This document shows, in pieces, positions 9,940 through 19,438 of a DNA stretch of 64,000 nucleotides; position 1 is the first letter of the stretch; each line of letters begins with the position of its first letter. The translations under genes were made by a program, and so were the position numbers. The notes under the pieces were generated by a model. The model saw only the letters and a program-made list of their open reading frames with translations. It made no database searches and was not told the DNA's origin. Source of the stretch: an uncultured Saprospiraceae bacterium (lineage in GTDB: Bacteria > Bacteroidota > Bacteroidia > Chitinophagales > Saprospiraceae); the NCBI GenBank assembly GCA_964573725.1, contig CAZNLJ010000015.1, forward strand, positions 43,738 to 107,737, read 5' to 3'.

Positions 9940-12624
9940 ATGATACGAATCCGACCTACCTGGATGTTCGCCTTGCTGGGCATGTTGTCGCCCATTCGTT
10001 CCGATTCGCAAAACATCAGTCTCCCCACCGGCTTCGTGGCCGTCCAACTGGCGACCGGCCTGGATCCCGTCGGCATGGCCCTGCTGCCCGACGGCCGCCT
10101 GCTGCTGGTTGAGAAATACGGCCGGGTGCTGCTGGTCAAGGACGGCACGCTCCAGCCGCAACCATTCTTCGAGTTGGAAGTGGACAACTTCAGCGAACGG
10201 GGCCTGCTGGGTATCGCCGTAGACCCGCAGTTCGACACACAACCCTTTGTTTACCTGTATTACACCGTACCCGGAGAGAAACACAACCGCGTCGCTCGGA
10301 TTACGGCATCCGGTGATTTCGGCCTTCCGGGCAGCATGGAGCCCCTGCTCGACCTGGACGAGTTGAGCGGACCGTACCACAACGCCGGCGCCATGGTCTT
10401 CGGGGCGGACGGGATGCTGTACATCGCGGCCGGTGACGGCACCAATTCCGCCAATGCCATGAGCCTGTCGTCCTTGTTGGGAAAGATCCTTCGGATTCAT
10501 CCGGACGGCAGCATTCCCGCGGACAACCCATTTTACGATGCGGCGGAAGGAAAATACCGGGCCATCTGGTCCATGGGGCACCGCAACCCCTTCGCTATGA
10601 CCGTCCAGCCGGGTACGGGAAAGATATTCACCACCGATGTCGGCAGCGACCAGTTCGAGGAAGTCAACGAAATCACCAAAGGTGCCAATTTCGGCTGGCC
10701 GGCGGTCGAAGGCTTCCTCAACGGGCAGGCACCGCCGGACAATTACCGGGACCCCCTGTACGCCTACGACCATGGGCAGGGCTGCGCCGCGGTGGGCATC
10801 GCCACCTATAATCCCGCCGAACCCGTATTTCCGGCCGCCTATCACGGCCGGCTTTTCCTGACGGAACACTGCAAGGGAAAGATGTGGACCATCGACCCGC
10901 AGACCGGCGAAGCCACCCTGTTCGCCGGCAACCTCAACACCCCGGTCGGAATCCTGACCGCCCCGGACGGGTCCCTGTACCTGTTGGACCGAAAAGGGAC
11001 CGGAACGGATTATGCCACCAACAGCGGTTCCCTTTGGCAAATACTGTACACCGGCAGCGATGCCCCCTTCATCTCCCAACATCCGCGCATGGAGCTCAGC
11101 CCCGTCGGCGAGGATGTCCTCCTGCAGGTCGCGGCACTCGGGGCGGCGCCCCTGACCTACCGATGGCAACGCGACGGACAGGACATCCCGGGTGCCACCG
11201 AGGCATCCTTCCTCCTGGAGAACCCTGTGCTGGCGGACAGCGGCAGCCTGTTGCGGTGTATCGTCCAGAACAACCTCGGCGCAGACACCAGCCATTCCGT
11301 CCGCTTGCGCATCACCAGCAGCCAACGGCCGGTTCCGGAAATCATCAGTCCGCCCCCCGGCGCCCGGTACCGTGCCGGTGAGACTCTGACACTGACCGCC
11401 ACCGCTACGGATCCCGAAGACGGCCCCCTGCCGGCGCACACCGCCCGCTGGCGCATCGACTTCCACCACGACAGCCACTCCCACCCCGCTTTCGGCCCCG
11501 TATTCGACGGCTGGGAAACCTATTTTCCCATCCCGCAAATCACGGAGGTGGCTCCCACCGTCTGGTACCGGATCTACCTGACCGTCACCGACCAAAGCGG
11601 CTTGTCCAACACGGTCATCCGCGACGTGATGCCGGAACTGACCGAAATCCGGCTCCACTCCGATCCGCCCGGGTTTCCCGTCTACGTCGACAACCACCCC
11701 TACCGCACCCCGGATACCGTCCTGAGCGTCGTCGGGGTATACCATGAGGTGCGTGCACCGAAGTCCCACCAAACCGCCGACTCCCTGTTCCTCTTCGACC
11801 GCTGGGCGGACAACGCCCAGGAACCCTTCCGCTTCGAAGCCCCCGACACCACCGGCCTGACCTTCCGCGCCCGCTACCGGCCGGCAAGCGCCAACGGTCA
11901 AGGCGAGGGACTGCTCGGGACCTATTTCGACCGGACCAGCAGCGCCTACTATGTCTTTGAGGAAGAGCAACCGCTGTTCACCCGCGTCGATTCGGTCATC
12001 AACTTCGACTGGGTGTACCAGTCGCCCGACAATCAACTGTTCGGACCCGACAACTGGCTGGTGCGGTGGGAAGGCGCCATCCAACCCTTCTTCGACGAAC
12101 GCCTGGATTTTCATGTGTATGCCGACGAGGGTGTCCGGTTATATGTGGACAACAAGAAACTGATCGATGTCTGGTATACCGACCCGAACCGCGAACGGGA
12201 AGCCTCCATCCACCTGTTGGGTGGGGTGAAGTACCCGATCCGGATCGATTTCTTTGAAAGTGTAGCCCTGGCGACCTTGCGGCTGAGCTGGAGTTCGGAC
12301 CGCCTCGAACGGTCCATCGTGCCCAAGACCCAATTGTATCCTTCCTTCGAAGTGGACACCACCGACCAGGATACCGCCGTCTTCCGGTACGGACCCAACC
12401 CGGTCCGGGATATCCTCCAGCTCCGGTGGCAACAGGAGACGGAATCGGAAACCACCCTGCAACTGTTCGACGCCGCCGGGCGGTTACTCCGCCATACGAC
12501 CCTTTCCTCGTTCCCGGGGCACCTTCGTGCCGAACTGGATATGGGCGGCTTCCCCGCCGGCCATTACCTCGTCCGGATTTCCGGGGATGGGATCCGGGAA
12601 GCTTTTTGGATCAACAAATCATAG
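9940..12624 (+). CDS. PQQ-dependent (soluble glucose/sorbosone-type) sugar dehydrogenase fused to Ig-like, PA14 and T9SS C-terminal sorting domains
   Basis: GSDH beta-propeller motifs (HNAGAMVFGADGMLYIAAGDG, WSMGHRNPFAM, GANFGWP). PA14-like block (LVRWEGAIQPFFDERLDFHVYADEGVRLYVDN). Por-secretion tail (LQLFDAAGRLL...GHYLVRISGDG). Start moved to M at 9940, where a signal-like MIRIRPTWMFALLGML begins. Confidence 0.8.
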   Translation: MIRIRPTWMFALLGMLSPIRSDSQNISLPTGFVAVQLATGLDPVGMALLPDGRLLLVEKYGRVLLVKDGTLQPQPFFELEVDNFSERGLLGIAVDPQFDTQPFVYLYYTVPGEKHNRVARITASGDFGLPGSMEPLLDLDELSGPYHNAGAMVFGADGMLYIAAGDGTNSANAMSLSSLLGKILRIHPDGSIPADNPFYDAAEGKYRAIWSMGHRNPFAMTVQPGTGKIFTTDVGSDQFEEVNEITKGANFGWPAVEGFLNGQAPPDNYRDPLYAYDHGQGCAAVGIATYNPAEPVFPAAYHGRLFLTEHCKGKMWTIDPQTGEATLFAGNLNTPVGILTAPDGSLYLLDRKGTGTDYATNSGSLWQILYTGSDAPFISQHPRMELSPVGEDVLLQVAALGAAPLTYRWQRDGQDIPGATEASFLLENPVLADSGSLLRCIVQNNLGADTSHSVRLRITSSQRPVPEIISPPPGARYRAGETLTLTATATDPEDGPLPAHTARWRIDFHHDSHSHPAFGPVFDGWETYFPIPQITEVAPTVWYRIYLTVTDQSGLSNTVIRDVMPELTEIRLHSDPPGFPVYVDNHPYRTPDTVLSVVGVYHEVRAPKSHQTADSLFLFDRWADNAQEPFRFEAPDTTGLTFRARYRPASANGQGEGLLGTYFDRTSSAYYVFEEEQPLFTRVDSVINFDWVYQSPDNQLFGPDNWLVRWEGAIQPFFDERLDFHVYADEGVRLYVDNKKLIDVWYTDPNREREASIHLLGGVKYPIRIDFFESVALATLRLSWSSDRLERSIVPKTQLYPSFEVDTTDQDTAVFRYGPNPVRDILQLRWQQETESETTLQLFDAAGRLLRHTTLSSFPGHLRAELDMGGFPAGHYLVRISGDGIREAFWINKS

Positions 12625-12666
12625 CCGCCCGCATACAAACGGGTCGGGCACCATCCTTCCGACGAT

Positions 12667-13434
12667 ATGGAGCTGGACTTTACAGGAAAAAATGTGCTGA
12701 TAACCGGCGGTACCCGCGGTATCGGCCGCGCGACGGCGCAAGCGTTCGCCGCTTCCGGGGCCCGGGTATGCCTCAATTACCGGCAGGACAGCGATTCGGC
12801 ACGGGATGCCATCCGGCAGTTGCCGGGCGGGGAGCACCTGGCCATCCGGGCCGACCTGACCGATCCCTCCGCGGCGGAACAGCTGGTAAGTGCCATGGCG
12901 GAAAATTTCGGGCGCATCGACGTCCTGGTAAACAATGCCGGCATCTACATCCACCATCCGCTCCGCTCCTCCACATTTGCGGAATGGCAGGAAGCCTGGC
13001 GGCGGACGCTAGCCGTCAACCTGGTGGCCGCCGGCAACCTGTGCTACCTGGTCGGCCGGCAAATGATGAAGCAGGGATCCGGCGGACATATCGTGAACGT
13101 GTCCTCCCGGGGCGCCTTCCGCGGAGAACCGGAATATGTCGCCTATGGTGCCAGCAAAGCCGGGTTGAATGCCCTGAGCCAGTCGCTCGCCCAGGAATTG
13201 GCCCCGTACGGCATCTATGTGAAAGTGGCAGCCCCCGGATTTGTGGAAACGGATATGACCAAAGCGTTGTTGGAAAGTACGAAGGGGGAGGCGATCCGGG
13301 CACAAAGCCCGTTGCATCGGGTCGCCACCCCGGACGAAGTGGCCGCGCTGATCTTGTTCCTGGCAAGCGGAGTATCCGCCTTCATGACCGGCGCCGTGGT
13401 GGACATCAATGGCGCATCCTATCTGCGGACCTGA
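12667..13434 (+). CDS. SDR family oxidoreductase (FabG-like)
   Basis: TGGTRGIG cofactor motif, NNAG, and YGASK catalytic motif. Confidence 0.85.
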   Translation: MELDFTGKNVLITGGTRGIGRATAQAFAASGARVCLNYRQDSDSARDAIRQLPGGEHLAIRADLTDPSAAEQLVSAMAENFGRIDVLVNNAGIYIHHPLRSSTFAEWQEAWRRTLAVNLVAAGNLCYLVGRQMMKQGSGGHIVNVSSRGAFRGEPEYVAYGASKAGLNALSQSLAQELAPYGIYVKVAAPGFVETDMTKALLESTKGEAIRAQSPLHRVATPDEVAALILFLASGVSAFMTGAVVDINGASYLRT

Positions 13435-13446
13435 CCGGCCGGCCTA

Positions 13447-13800
13447 TCAAGTCGCCGGAGCCGCCTGGTCGAGTACTTCCCGGATCTCGTCCACCCGGAT
13501 ATCCAGGTGGGAAGCGTCCAACAGGCATTCCCCGCGCCGGACCAACAGGATTTGCGGGGACTCATGGTGGACATGGAAACGCGACGCGACCGCATCGGAC
13601 AGCGCACGGAAGGCGATCAGGTCCAGGTAATAAGGCGTCACTTCCTCCTCCCGGAAGTTCCAGTTGGCTTCCAGCCTCAGTTTTGCCATGGCGCTGATGC
13701 TGCATCGGGTGGAATGCTTGAAAATAAGGCAACTGGTCTCGTGCGAACGGGCAACCAGTTCATCCAGGCCGGAGGCGCTGTCGAGTATTTTCCAATTCAT
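13447..13800 (-). CDS. ytxJ: Bacillithiol system redox-active protein YtxJ (monothiol thioredoxin-like, DUF2847)
   Basis: FKHSTRCSIS motif (TxCxxS) in a ~117-aa thioredoxin-fold-sized protein. Start moved to MNWKILDS. Confidence 0.7.
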   Translation of the reverse strand: MNWKILDSASGLDELVARSHETSCLIFKHSTRCSISAMAKLRLEANWNFREEEVTPYYLDLIAFRALSDAVASRFHVHHESPQILLVRRGECLLDASHLDIRVDEIREVLDQAAPAT

Positions 13801-14043
13801 GTCGGATGGCGTTGGCAGGCCGTCGGTTCCCGGCCGGGCGAATTCCCCGGGGTTGGCAACGCGGGGGTACATCCCCGTCCGGCAGCCTTACTTGGAAAGG
13901 GGACATCAAAGAGCGGCTCGAACCCGCTTACCAAATCCTTACCCTGTCGTCGGTATGGGGACCGGCGACAGGATGCGGACGGTTCGGGTGGCACCAGGGC
14001 ACCCGAGGGCCCGGACAAAGGAGGGAGACCGCAGGCCAGGGAT

Positions 14044-14166
14044 TCAGTTCGAGGAAACCTTGAAGTTCGTCGGACAGCCGTAGCCTTTGTTGCATGCGGT
14101 GAAGCTTCCTGCGACCGCCGTCAGCAGGAGCAGGAGGAAGAGGTGTTTCGACAAGTTCTTTTTCAT
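14044..14166 (-). CDS. Small putative lipoprotein (40 aa), not in the ORF track
   Basis: Hand translation gives MKKNLSKHLFLLLLLTAVAGSFTACNKGYGCPTNFKVSSN*. It has a classic n-region, h-region and Cys lipobox. A typical ATG start is preceded by an AT-rich stretch. Confidence 0.5.
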   Translation of the reverse strand: MKKNLSKHLFLLLLLTAVAGSFTACNKGYGCPTNFKVSSN

Positions 14167-14370
14167 CGTGCTGCAGATTGTATAAGTGCTGGTAAAATCA
14201 TTTTGGTAGAACAAGACCGGACGGATGAAAGTTGCGGCCCCCGGAAAGCGGCCGTTGCGGCCGTGGACATGGAAACGGGGTGTCCGGAACGTTCGGGGTG
14301 CATCACTGGCGCCAATGATTGATTTTTATCATACAACGCCGGTAATCCTTGGTTATTTCAATCCAGCCTA

Positions 14371-14378
14371 TAATTTTG
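14371..14378 (+). promoter_or_regulatory. Candidate Bacteroidota -7 promoter box (TAATTTTG) upstream of pyc
   Basis: Exact TAnnTTTG match within ctaTAATTTTGct. A TTG-containing element lies ~20 nt upstream. It sits ~300 nt before the pyc ATG. Confidence 0.35.
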
Positions 14379-14675
14379 CTGCAAAGATAGGCAAACAGCC
14401 ATGCATCCCGCACACGTGGAGAAAAAGAAACAGGGTGTCGCGATACAAGTTCCCGCCCCCGATGCACGGCGGTCGCATGGCAGCAGGAGGGCTGACCGGT
14501 AAACCGCTCGCCATACCCGGTGGCGGCAAGCCTTCCGCCCCGTGCCCAGACAAACAGACCGGAATAAACGGAACCCGTCCGATGCCTTGCCGTTAGAACC
14601 GAAAGCCCGCCAACTTAGCCGAACAGCCACCATCACCGGGGAAAACCGATGCCTTCCCCTGCAAAACGCATACTG

Positions 14676-17600
14676 ATGAGTCGAAATCCCGACATTCCTT
14701 TCAGGAAGATCCTGGTTGCCAACCGGGGAGAAATCGCCATCCGGATTTTTCGGGCGGCGACGGAACTGGGTATCCGGACGGTAGCCATCTACACGTACGA
14801 GGACCGGTATTCGCTGCACCGGCTGAAGGCGGACGAAGCCTACCAGGTCGGTGCGGACAACGACCCCTTGAAACCTTACCTGGACATCGACGCCATCCTT
14901 CGAATTGCGGCCCGGCACGGGGTGGACGCCATCCATCCCGGCTATGGTTTCCTGTCCGAAAATGTGGAGTTTGCCCGCCGCTGTGCCGGTGCGGGCATCG
15001 TGTTCATCGGGCCCGACCCAGCCGTAATGGAGGCCTTGGGCGACAAGATCCGGGCAAAGGCGGTGGCTGCCGAGGCGGGCGTGCCCATGATACCCGGCAG
15101 CGCCGATTTCGAAACCGTCGAAGCCGTGGCCGATTGGGCCGACCGGATCGGATACCCGGTCATCCTGAAAGCGGCGGCCGGGGGAGGCGGCCGGGGGATG
15201 CGTGTCTGCCGCACCCCCGGGGATTTGCGCCACAATTATATGGAGGCCGCCAAGGAAGCGCTGAATGCCTTCGGGGATGAAACCATCTTCCTGGAGAAAT
15301 TCATCGAGGCCCCCAAACACATCGAAGTCCAGATATTGGGGGACAACCATGGCCAGCTCGTCCATTTGTTCGAGCGGGATTGTTCCATCCAACGCCGTTT
15401 CCAAAAAGTGGTGGAGATCGCCCCCTCCATCGGCTTGTCGGAGGAGACCCGTAAGCAGCTCTACCGATATGCCCTCCAGATTGCGAAGGCGGTCGGCTAC
15501 AACAACGCCGGAACGGTCGAATTCCTGGTCGATGCCAGGGAATCGGTCTATTTCATCGAGGTGAATCCCCGGATCCAGGTGGAACACACGGTCACGGAGG
15601 AAGTGACCGGAATCGACCTGGTCCGTTCCCAGATATTGATTGCCCAGGGCTACCGCCTGGACGATCCCGCCTTGCGGATCGGACAGCAGGAGGACATCAG
15701 CTGCCAGGGATATGCCATCCAGTGCCGGGTGACGACCGAGCGGCCCGCCCGGCAATTCCAACCCGACTACGGCACCATCATCGCGTACCGGAGCCCGGCC
15801 GGATTCGGCATCCGACTGGACGGCGGCAACGCCTATGCCGGGTCTCAGATTTCCCCGTATTTCGACAGCCTGCTGGTCAAGGTGACCGCATGGGGGCGCA
15901 CCTTCAAAGGTGCGGCGGAACGCTTGTACCGGGCCTTGCTGGAGTTCCGGATCCGGGGGGTGGAAACCAACATCGGATTCCTGGAGAACCTCATACGCCA
16001 CCCGGATTTCATCGCCGGGGCCGCCACGGTGAATTTCATCGCGGAACATCCGGAACTGCTGGAGATGCCGGTCCGACAGGACCGCGGCACCAAATTGCTG
16101 CGTTTCCTGGCCGACGTCATCGTGAACGGGAATCCGGACTTACCCAAAGGCAAGACCAATCCCCGGGAAAGACCACAATTCCGGCGGCCGGTGGTGCCCG
16201 GACACCAACAGGTGGCGGCGGTGACCACCGCCGTGCCCTATGAGGCCTTTTCCGTCAAGAAAGGATTGCCGGCCCAGCCGCAGGAGCGCCCCTTCCTGCC
16301 GGGCACCAAGCAGCGGTTGGCGGAATGGGGCCCCGACCGGTTCGCCGCCTGGTTGCGGGAGGAAAAAAGCATCCATTTTACCGACACCACCTTCCGGGAT
16401 GCCCATCAATCCTTGCTGGCCACCCGGATGCGGAGTTTCGATATGCTGCAGGTGGCGGAACAATACGCCCGCCTGCACGGCGACAAGCTCTTCAGCATGG
16501 AAGTCTGGGGAGGCGCCACCTTCGATGTCGCCATGCGCTTCCTCCGGGAATGTCCCTGGCAAAGGCTCGAAAAGCTGCGGGAGGCCCTGCCCAACACCCT
16601 GTTGCAAATGTTGCTGCGGGGAACCAACGCGGTCGGCTACACCGCATACCCGGACAACCTGGTCCACCGCTTCATCGAAGTGGCGGCGGAAAAAGGCATC
16701 GACCTGTTCCGTATCTTCGACAGCCTCAACAATGTCGACGCCATGCGCAACAGCATCCGGACCGTCCGGACGGCTACTTCCAGCCTTGCCGAGGCCTGCA
16801 TCTGTTACACCGGTGACATCCTGGACCCGGACCGCCCCAAGTACCACCTCGGCTATTATGTGGACATGGCCCGCCGCCTGGAGGATGAAGGGGCACACCT
16901 GCTGGCGATCAAGGATATGGCCGGCCTGCTGAAACCGGCCGCCGCTTCCTTGCTGGTCTCCACCTTGCGCGAGCACATCTCCATCCCCATCCACCTGCAT
17001 ACCCACGACACCCCCGGTATACAGGCCGCCACTTACCTGCAGGCCATCGAGGCCGGTGTGGATGTGGTGGATGTGGCCATCGCCAGTATGTCCGGCCTCA
17101 CTTCCCAGCCCAATTTCAACTCGCTCGTCGCGGCACTTCGCGGCCATCCCCGCGAAAATCCCATCGACCTCAAATCCCTCAACGCGTTCTCCAACTATTG
17201 GGAAGCCGTCCGGGAGATGTACTTCCCCTTCGAAAGCGAACTGCGCGCCGGTACCGCGGAAGTGTACGACCATGAAATTCCGGGCGGGCAATATACCAAC
17301 CTGCGGCCCCAGGCCCGCTCGCTCGGCCTGGAGCATAAGTTCGACCGGATCAAGGAAAACTATCGGAACGCCAATTTCCTGCTCGGCGATATCGTCAAAG
17401 TGACACCCAGCTCCAAGGTCGTCGGCGACCTCGCCCTCTTCCTCACCGCCAATGACCTTCGCCCCGAAGACATCCTCACCCGCGGCCAACAACTGGCTTT
17501 CCCCGAAAGTGTCAAGTCCCTGCTGCGCGGCGCGCTCGGCCAGGTACCCGGCGGCTTCCCGGAAGCCATCAGCCAAGTGGTGCTGAAAGGGGAAAAACCC

Positions 17601-18212
17601 ATGGACGGCCCCGCCAATGCACACCTTCCCCCCATCGATTTCGAAACGGCATTCCCGGCGTTCCTGGAAAAATTCGGACCCCACAACGGTATCCACGATT
17701 TCCTGTCCTACCAATTGTACCCGAAAGTCTTCGAATCCTTCCATGCCCATCGCCAGGAATACGGGGACATCAGCCGGCTGCCCACCTCCATTTTCTATTA
17801 CGGACTCCAAACCAATGAGGAGGTCCTGATTGAAATCGCGGAAGGCAAGACCCTGCTGGTCACCTATCTCAACATGACCGAACCCGATGCCGCCGGCAAC
17901 CGGGTCATCTTCTTCCGCTACAACGGCACCACCCGGTCGATCACCGTCCGCGACAACCAAGTCCAGTCGAAAGTCGTCCGTAACAAGAAAGCGGAAAATC
18001 CCGGAGAGGTGGCGGCACCGCTCCAAGGCAACCTCGGACAGATCCTGGTGGCGCCGGGGGACCAGGTGACGGTCAACCAGGCCCTCTTCACCATCGAGGC
18101 CATGAAAATGGAAACCACGGTCACCGCACCCATCGCCGGTACGGTCACCCAGGTTTTCCTCCGGGAAAAAACAATGGTGGAACAAGGGGATGCGGTCCTT
18201 GAGGTGGCATGA
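14676..18212 (+). CDS. pyc: Pyruvate carboxylase (single-chain: biotin carboxylase + carboxyltransferase + BCCP)
   Basis: ILVANRGEIAIRIFRA N-terminus, ATP-grasp, HMGL-like carboxyltransferase, and C-terminal biotinyl motif EAMKME. An alternative start is at 14649. Confidence 0.92.
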   Translation: MSRNPDIPFRKILVANRGEIAIRIFRAATELGIRTVAIYTYEDRYSLHRLKADEAYQVGADNDPLKPYLDIDAILRIAARHGVDAIHPGYGFLSENVEFARRCAGAGIVFIGPDPAVMEALGDKIRAKAVAAEAGVPMIPGSADFETVEAVADWADRIGYPVILKAAAGGGGRGMRVCRTPGDLRHNYMEAAKEALNAFGDETIFLEKFIEAPKHIEVQILGDNHGQLVHLFERDCSIQRRFQKVVEIAPSIGLSEETRKQLYRYALQIAKAVGYNNAGTVEFLVDARESVYFIEVNPRIQVEHTVTEEVTGIDLVRSQILIAQGYRLDDPALRIGQQEDISCQGYAIQCRVTTERPARQFQPDYGTIIAYRSPAGFGIRLDGGNAYAGSQISPYFDSLLVKVTAWGRTFKGAAERLYRALLEFRIRGVETNIGFLENLIRHPDFIAGAATVNFIAEHPELLEMPVRQDRGTKLLRFLADVIVNGNPDLPKGKTNPRERPQFRRPVVPGHQQVAAVTTAVPYEAFSVKKGLPAQPQERPFLPGTKQRLAEWGPDRFAAWLREEKSIHFTDTTFRDAHQSLLATRMRSFDMLQVAEQYARLHGDKLFSMEVWGGATFDVAMRFLRECPWQRLEKLREALPNTLLQMLLRGTNAVGYTAYPDNLVHRFIEVAAEKGIDLFRIFDSLNNVDAMRNSIRTVRTATSSLAEACICYTGDILDPDRPKYHLGYYVDMARRLEDEGAHLLAIKDMAGLLKPAAASLLVSTLREHISIPIHLHTHDTPGIQAATYLQAIEAGVDVVDVAIASMSGLTSQPNFNSLVAALRGHPRENPIDLKSLNAFSNYWEAVREMYFPFESELRAGTAEVYDHEIPGGQYTNLRPQARSLGLEHKFDRIKENYRNANFLLGDIVKVTPSSKVVGDLALFLTANDLRPEDILTRGQQLAFPESVKSLLRGALGQVPGGFPEAISQVVLKGEKPMDGPANAHLPPIDFETAFPAFLEKFGPHNGIHDFLSYQLYPKVFESFHAHRQEYGDISRLPTSIFYYGLQTNEEVLIEIAEGKTLLVTYLNMTEPDAAGNRVIFFRYNGTTRSITVRDNQVQSKVVRNKKAENPGEVAAPLQGNLGQILVAPGDQVTVNQALFTIEAMKMETTVTAPIAGTVTQVFLREKTMVEQGDAVLEVA

Positions 18213-18275
18213 TATTTATATCTCATATCTACCTGATTTGCCGTCAGCATTCATTCAATCACAAACCACCGAACA

Positions 18276-18707
18276 ATGAAAAAAACGGACTTGCTACTTT
18301 CCTGGGCGCTCTTGGGCGCACTCGCCCTACCCTCCTGCCAGCCGGAAAGCTGTGAACTGACCGGCGGTTCCTGGAAGGCCGTCGCCTCCGAGGTCTCCTC
18401 CGACAGGTTCCGCCCCTCCATGATCGCCATGACCCGGGCGGAAATCCTCAACACCCGCTACACGTTCCAGCCCGACGGTACGGTCTCGCAATCCGATGCC
18501 TCCGAGTTGCAGGCCCCCAAATCGGGCACCTGGAAATGGGAAGAAAACCGCACCCAAATCCAACTGAGCTTCCCCGGGGAACAGGCTGAATCCTTTACCG
18601 TCAAATCTTGTGACGGGACATCCCTGGTCCTGACCCAGCGCATACCGCAGGATACCACCCAGGCGGCCCTGCTGGCCATCGAGTCCGTCTTCCAACGGGA
18701 CGAATGA
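18276..18707 (+). CDS. Lipoprotein of unknown function
   Basis: Signal peptide plus lipobox (LGALALPSC). Small soluble domain, possibly lipocalin-like. Confidence 0.6.
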   Translation: MKKTDLLLSWALLGALALPSCQPESCELTGGSWKAVASEVSSDRFRPSMIAMTRAEILNTRYTFQPDGTVSQSDASELQAPKSGTWKWEENRTQIQLSFPGEQAESFTVKSCDGTSLVLTQRIPQDTTQAALLAIESVFQRDE

Positions 18708-18885
18708 GCACCGCGGCCGACCGGCGGGAAAGGCGCTCGTCCTGTCCCTCCGGTCGCCCCCGGGCGGAGTCAGGCTGCCCGGGCCGATGGAATTCCTATT
18801 TTTTTATTCGACATTTGAATTCGTAAATCCGTTACTCGCAAAGCTTAAGAGTAGTAAATTTTTCCGCGGATAAGCGAAAGCCGGC

Positions 18886-18913
18886 CGAGCCTTCGAATTT
18901 TGGCTTCGTTTTT
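18886..18913 (+). terminator. Hairpin + T5 inside the AT-rich block
   Basis: CGAGCC-(10 nt)-GGCTTCG followed by TTTTT. Confidence 0.35.
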
Positions 18914-18939
18914 GGAAATTTTGTATCGTTGACATGATG

Positions 18940-19438
18940 TTCCCTCCCTACTGGATCCCCCCCCAGCAGTCCGCCCAATCATCGTCCAATCTTGTTTCCC
19001 GCTGTGGTCATCGACCACTACCCGCTTCCCGGTCGCTATCGGAAGGCGACTGTCCGGCTTGACGGCCGGCTGTCGCACCGGATGGTTTCATCGGGAACAA
19101 CATTGTTTTCCATTCCGGAAATGCCACGGCCGTATCCGACCTGCGGAAAGCGGTCCGGGTCGGCAGGTCCTTGGAACATCGGAACGGGAAAGGGGATGTG
19201 CACGGGTTGGGATGACCGGAAAGGTCAGGAAAAGGTCTGCGTCAATTGTTCGAAGAACATATCCAACAATATCTGCTTCTATTGAGACCCAGGTTCGCGG
19301 CGTTGGGATTACGATACCCAGAAGCGACAGGTGGCGGAGGCCGCCGGAGTTGAGCGCCAATTCCGGGAATTTTGAGGTTTCATTGACGGTGATACGGACC
19401 GGGCGAAAGACCCCGGTACCGTTCACCGTTTTTTTTTT
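18940..19438 (+). ncRNA. Candidate unclassified structured RNA / non-coding transcript (boundaries approximate)
   Basis: About 490 nt of GC-rich sequence with no protein-like frame. It is preceded by an AT-rich promoter-like block and ends in a strong hairpin+T10 terminator. I found no match to the RNase P, tmRNA, SRP or 6S cores. Confidence 0.3.
19387..19438. terminator. Strong intrinsic terminator (plus strand: hairpin + T10); may also stop the minus-strand porin transcript
   Basis: CGGTGATACGGACCGGG-cgaaaga-CCCCGGTACCGTTCACCG followed by T10. It abuts the stop codon of the minus-strand gene at 19440. Confidence 0.75.

Noticed and set aside
14673-14686. CTGATGAGTCGAAA resembles the hammerhead ribozyme core (CUGAUGA...GAAA).
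   Set aside because: There is no room for stem II and no flanking helices I/III. The sequence lies across the pyc start codon region (…LMSRNP…).
18845-19426. Minus-strand 112-aa and 77-aa ORFs are in one frame separated by a single TGA. This raised the possibility of a selenoprotein or a recently inactivated gene.
   Set aside because: The composition is typical of a random GC-rich frame (R/P/G-rich). There are no family motifs and no SECIS-like context that I could recognise. The ORF starts inside the terminator hairpin. A decayed gene cannot be fully excluded without blastx.
18940-19438. Tested whether the candidate RNA is RNase P RNA, tmRNA, SRP RNA or 6S RNA.
   Set aside because: None of the expected cores is present on either strand. 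Missing are GAGGAAAGUCCGG and GGUGCGGUAAGAGCGCACC (RNase P), a tag ORF with a ...CCUCCACCA end (tmRNA), and the CAGGUCCGGAAGGAAGCA core (SRP).
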